Source of the DNA: Hemiscyllium ocellatum
Taxonomy: Eukaryota
Direction of reading: 5' to 3'
DNA: 64,000 nucleotides
Assembly: GCF_020745735.1 (NCBI RefSeq)
Contig: NC_083412.1
Location: 59,486,320 to 59,550,319, forward strand
In this document: positions 60,828 through 64,000 of the stretch, piece by piece
Layout: each line of letters starts with the position of its first letter
Position numbering within the stretch: the first letter of the stretch is position 1
Notes under the pieces: model-generated
Seen by the model: the letters and a program-made list of their open reading frames with translations, nothing else
Databases searched by the model: none
Told to the model about the DNA's origin: nothing
Made by a program: the position numbers and the translations under genes

Positions 60828-62782
60828 GGAGAAAGTGAGGACTGCAGATGCTGGCGATCAGAGCTGAAAAATGTGTTGCTGGAAAACCGCAGCAGGTCAG
60901 GCAGCATCAAAGGAGCAGGAGAATCGATGTTTCGGGCATGAGCCCTTCTTCAGGAATGAGGAAGGTGTGCCAACCAGGCTAAGATAAAAGGTAGGGAGGA
61001 AGGACTTGGGGGAGGGGCGTTGGGAATGCGATAGGTGGAAGGAGGTTAAGGTGAGGGTGATACGTCGGAGAGGGGTGGGTGCTGAGAGGTCGGGAAGAAG
61101 ATTGCAGGTCAAGAAGGCGGTGCTGAGTCCGAGGGTTGGGACTGAGATAAGGTGGGGGGAGGGGAAATGAGGAAGCTAGAGAAATCTGCATTCATCCCTT
61201 GTGGTTGGAGGGTTTCTAGGCGGAAGATGAGGCGCTCTTCCTCCAGGCGTCGTGTTGCCATGGTCTGGCGACGGAGGAGGCCAAGGACCTGCATGTCCTT
61301 GGTGGAGTGAGAGGGGGAGTTAAAATGTTCAGCCATGGCACCCGCATGGGCCCCAGCTATGCCTGCCTCTTTGTTGGATATGTGGAACAGTCCATCTTCC
61401 GCAGCTACACTGGCACCACACCCACCTTTTCCTCCGCTACATCGATGACTGTATCGGCGCCGCCTCGTGCTCCCACGAGGAGGTTGAACAGTTCATCCAC
61501 TTTACTAACACCTTCCACCCCAATCTCAAATTTACCTGGACCGTCTCAGACTCCTCGCTCCCCTTCCTAGACCTCTTCATTTCTATCTCGGGCGACTGAC
61601 TCAACACGGACATTTACTATAAACCGACCGACTCGCACAGCTATCTAGATTACACCCCCTCCCACCCTGACCCCTGTAAAACGCCATCCCATATTCCCAA
61701 TTTTTTCGCCTCCACCACATCTGCTCCCAGGAGGACCAATTCCAATACTGAACAACCCAGATGGCCTCCTTCTTCAAAGACCGCAATTTCCCCTCAGACG
61801 TGGTTGACGATGCTCTCCACCGCATCTCCTCCATTTCCCGCTCCTCCAATCACCACCAGGACAGAACCCCACTGGTTCTCACCTACCACCCCACCAACCT
61901 CCAGATACATCGTATCATCCTTCGTCATTTCTGCCACCTCCAAACGGACCCCACCACCAAGGATATCTTTCCCTCCCCTCTCCTATTAGCGTTCCGGAAA
62001 GACCACTCCCTCCACGACTCCCTTGTCAGGTTCACACCACCCACCAACCCAACCTCCACTCCTGGCACCTTCCCCTGCAACCGCAAGAAATGCAAAACCT
62101 GCACCCACACCTCCCCACTCACTTCCCTCCAACTCCCAAGGGATCCTTCCATATCTGTCACAAATTCACCTGCACCTCCACACACATCATTTAATGCATC
62201 CGCTGCACCCAATGTGGCTTCCTCTACATTGGGGAGACAGGCCGCCTATTTGCAGAATGTTTCAGAGAACACCACTGGGACACCCGCACCAACCAATCCA
62301 ACCACCCCAATGGCTGAACACTTTAACCTCCCCTCCCACTCTGACAAGGAAATGCAGGTTTTGGCCTCCTCCATCACCAGACCATGGCAACACGATGCCT
62401 GGAGGAAGAGCGCCTCATCTTCCACCTAGGAACCCTCCAACCACAAGGGATGAATGCAGATTTCTCCAGCTTCCTCATTTCCCCTCCCCCCACCTTATCT
62501 CAGTCCCAACCCTCAGACTCAGCACTGCCTTCTTGACCTGCAATCTTCTTCCCGACCTCTCCACGCCCCCACCCCCTCTCTAGCCTATCGCCCTCACCCT
62601 AACCTCCTTCCACCAATCGCATTCCCAACAACCCCTCCCCTAAGTCCCTCCTCCCTACCTTTTATCTTAGCCTGCTTGGCACACCTTTCTCATTCCTGAA
62701 GAAGGGCTCATGCCCGAAACATTGATTCTCCTGCTCCTTTGATGCTGCCTGACCTGCTGTGCTTTTCCAGCAACACATTGTT
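60828..62782. mobile_element. Large fold-back Penelope-like element with 17-bp TSD (one mismatch)
   Basis: CAGTGAAAGAAAGACTA at 60811-60827 and CAGTGAAAGAGAGACTA at 62783-62799; minus arm 60828-61333, plus arm from 61334 (GTRMGPSYACLFVG onward). Confidence 0.9.
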
Positions 62783-63214
62783 CAGTGAAAGAGAGACTAC
62801 AAACATCTTAAATGTTTAAACTTATACAATTTATTATGTAGAATCTATATAAGAGGTCTATAGTTCGACACAAATTTTAATTTATTGCTAAACAATGTGT
62901 GCAGTTTTCTTTTCTTTTTGAATCTAAGAGTGGAAGTGGCTGAAATAGGAGGGACTTCTGCTCGGGGATGGGTTGGAATTTTGCACTTGGTTACTTAGTT
63001 GTCAAATGATTACATCAAGCGTTGGTGCTACACCACATTTTATGGGCTAAAGTGTTCTAAAGCCCATTGCGACCGTACAGGTTCCAACATCCAGATGCCA
63101 CGTTTAACAGGGACCCAGAAAACATTTCACTCTCTGCAACCCAAGAGCATTGATCAATCTCTACTCGTCATTCCCCCCTCACCCCTGGAGATGTCAGAGA
63201 CCAGGCCAAAAGGA

Positions 63215-63365
63215 ATGCCTGGTTTAAACAATGCATCCCTAGAAGTTCTCCTGAAGGCCGATCACAGAGATGTTATTTTCCCTACAGTTGACAACAAGAG
63301 GCTGCTGCAGAGGCCCGCATGTGGGAGGGTTAAGCAAAACTGGCCCCAGTGCCGCAAGAGGGCAG
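63215..63365 (+). mobile_element. Degenerate Myb/SANT-like DNA-binding fragment, probably Harbinger-derived
   Basis: PGLNNASLEVLLKA.HRDVIFP...W.QCRKR resembles the Myb/SANT pattern (F....LE.LL..V....VLF...W.QCRK(K/R)); central helix missing. Confidence 0.5.
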
Positions 63366-64000
63366 GTATCTCTGGCCACTCAACTCTTTATGCTCCCAGG
63401 AGTGTGAATTAACATTGTAAGGTTGTTACTGAAGCATAATGTTACACAAAAGCTTGGGTGCCAGGTCTCCATCAAATGTGCAATCAGTGTTTGCCATGTG
63501 TCATTGCAGCTACCCAGTGTAACAGTACTGAAATGACAGTGCCATCGCCTCTTACGCATCTGCTAGAGTTCACACTTAAAACATGAAAGGAACTGTAACA
63601 CCCAGCAACTCATATCAATGACATACACCACTTTGTGGAGAATTTGCACATCTCATAACCTTTCACCAAAGGCTCGCATGGGACAGTGACACAACCACAA
63701 AAGATGAGCTTTTGAGTTGATCACCTTTAATATTCAACTCCGTTTGCCTTGGTCAGGTTTGCTGGGGTCAGCTATTGTGCATCCCTCGTTGGGTCAGGCT
63801 TCATTCCCAACTCTGGAGGCATTTAATAACGACAAACCTGACTGGGACTTCTCAGCAACATGGAGACGCTCATCACTAAAGCTCTGAATGTTTGCTTTAA
63901 GAAATGTTTTAGTTACAAATGAGTCAAGTAACTGAAAAGGTGTTAGTTTATTGGTGCTTAGGGAAAGCAGTATATCCTACTTGGTGCACACCTGATAGAT

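Overview
Vertebrate genomic DNA, almost certainly from a cartilaginous fish (shark-type HE1 SINEs, CR1 LINEs with (CTATGTT)n-type tails, and Penelope-like elements). Most of the window is transposon-derived: CR1, Penelope, L1, Gypsy, Tigger-like and SINE sequences. Two immunoglobulin-superfamily genes can be rebuilt by hand on the + strand from GT-AG exons with consistent phases. (1) A B7/butyrophilin-family gene with an IgV exon (5111-5452) and an IgC exon (10486-10773); I found no leader exon and no ordinary TM/cytoplasmic exon nearby. (2) A complete six-exon, 362-aa receptor at 37490-58657: leader, germline-joined VJ-type domain, C1-set domain, uncharged TM, short linker, and a tail with one ITIM and two ITSM-like motifs. 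This is a non-rearranging, antigen-receptor-like/SIRP-like inhibitory receptor and is the most interesting feature here. Its ectodomain exons lie in a GC/CpG-rich block while its TM and tail exons are AT-rich, and the B7-like ectodomain is also phase-compatible with that TM exon. Three Penelope families carry minimal hammerhead ribozyme motifs, and many copies are fold-back insertions with 12-17 bp target-site duplications. Exon structures are sequence predictions without transcript evidence; repeat boundaries are approximate.
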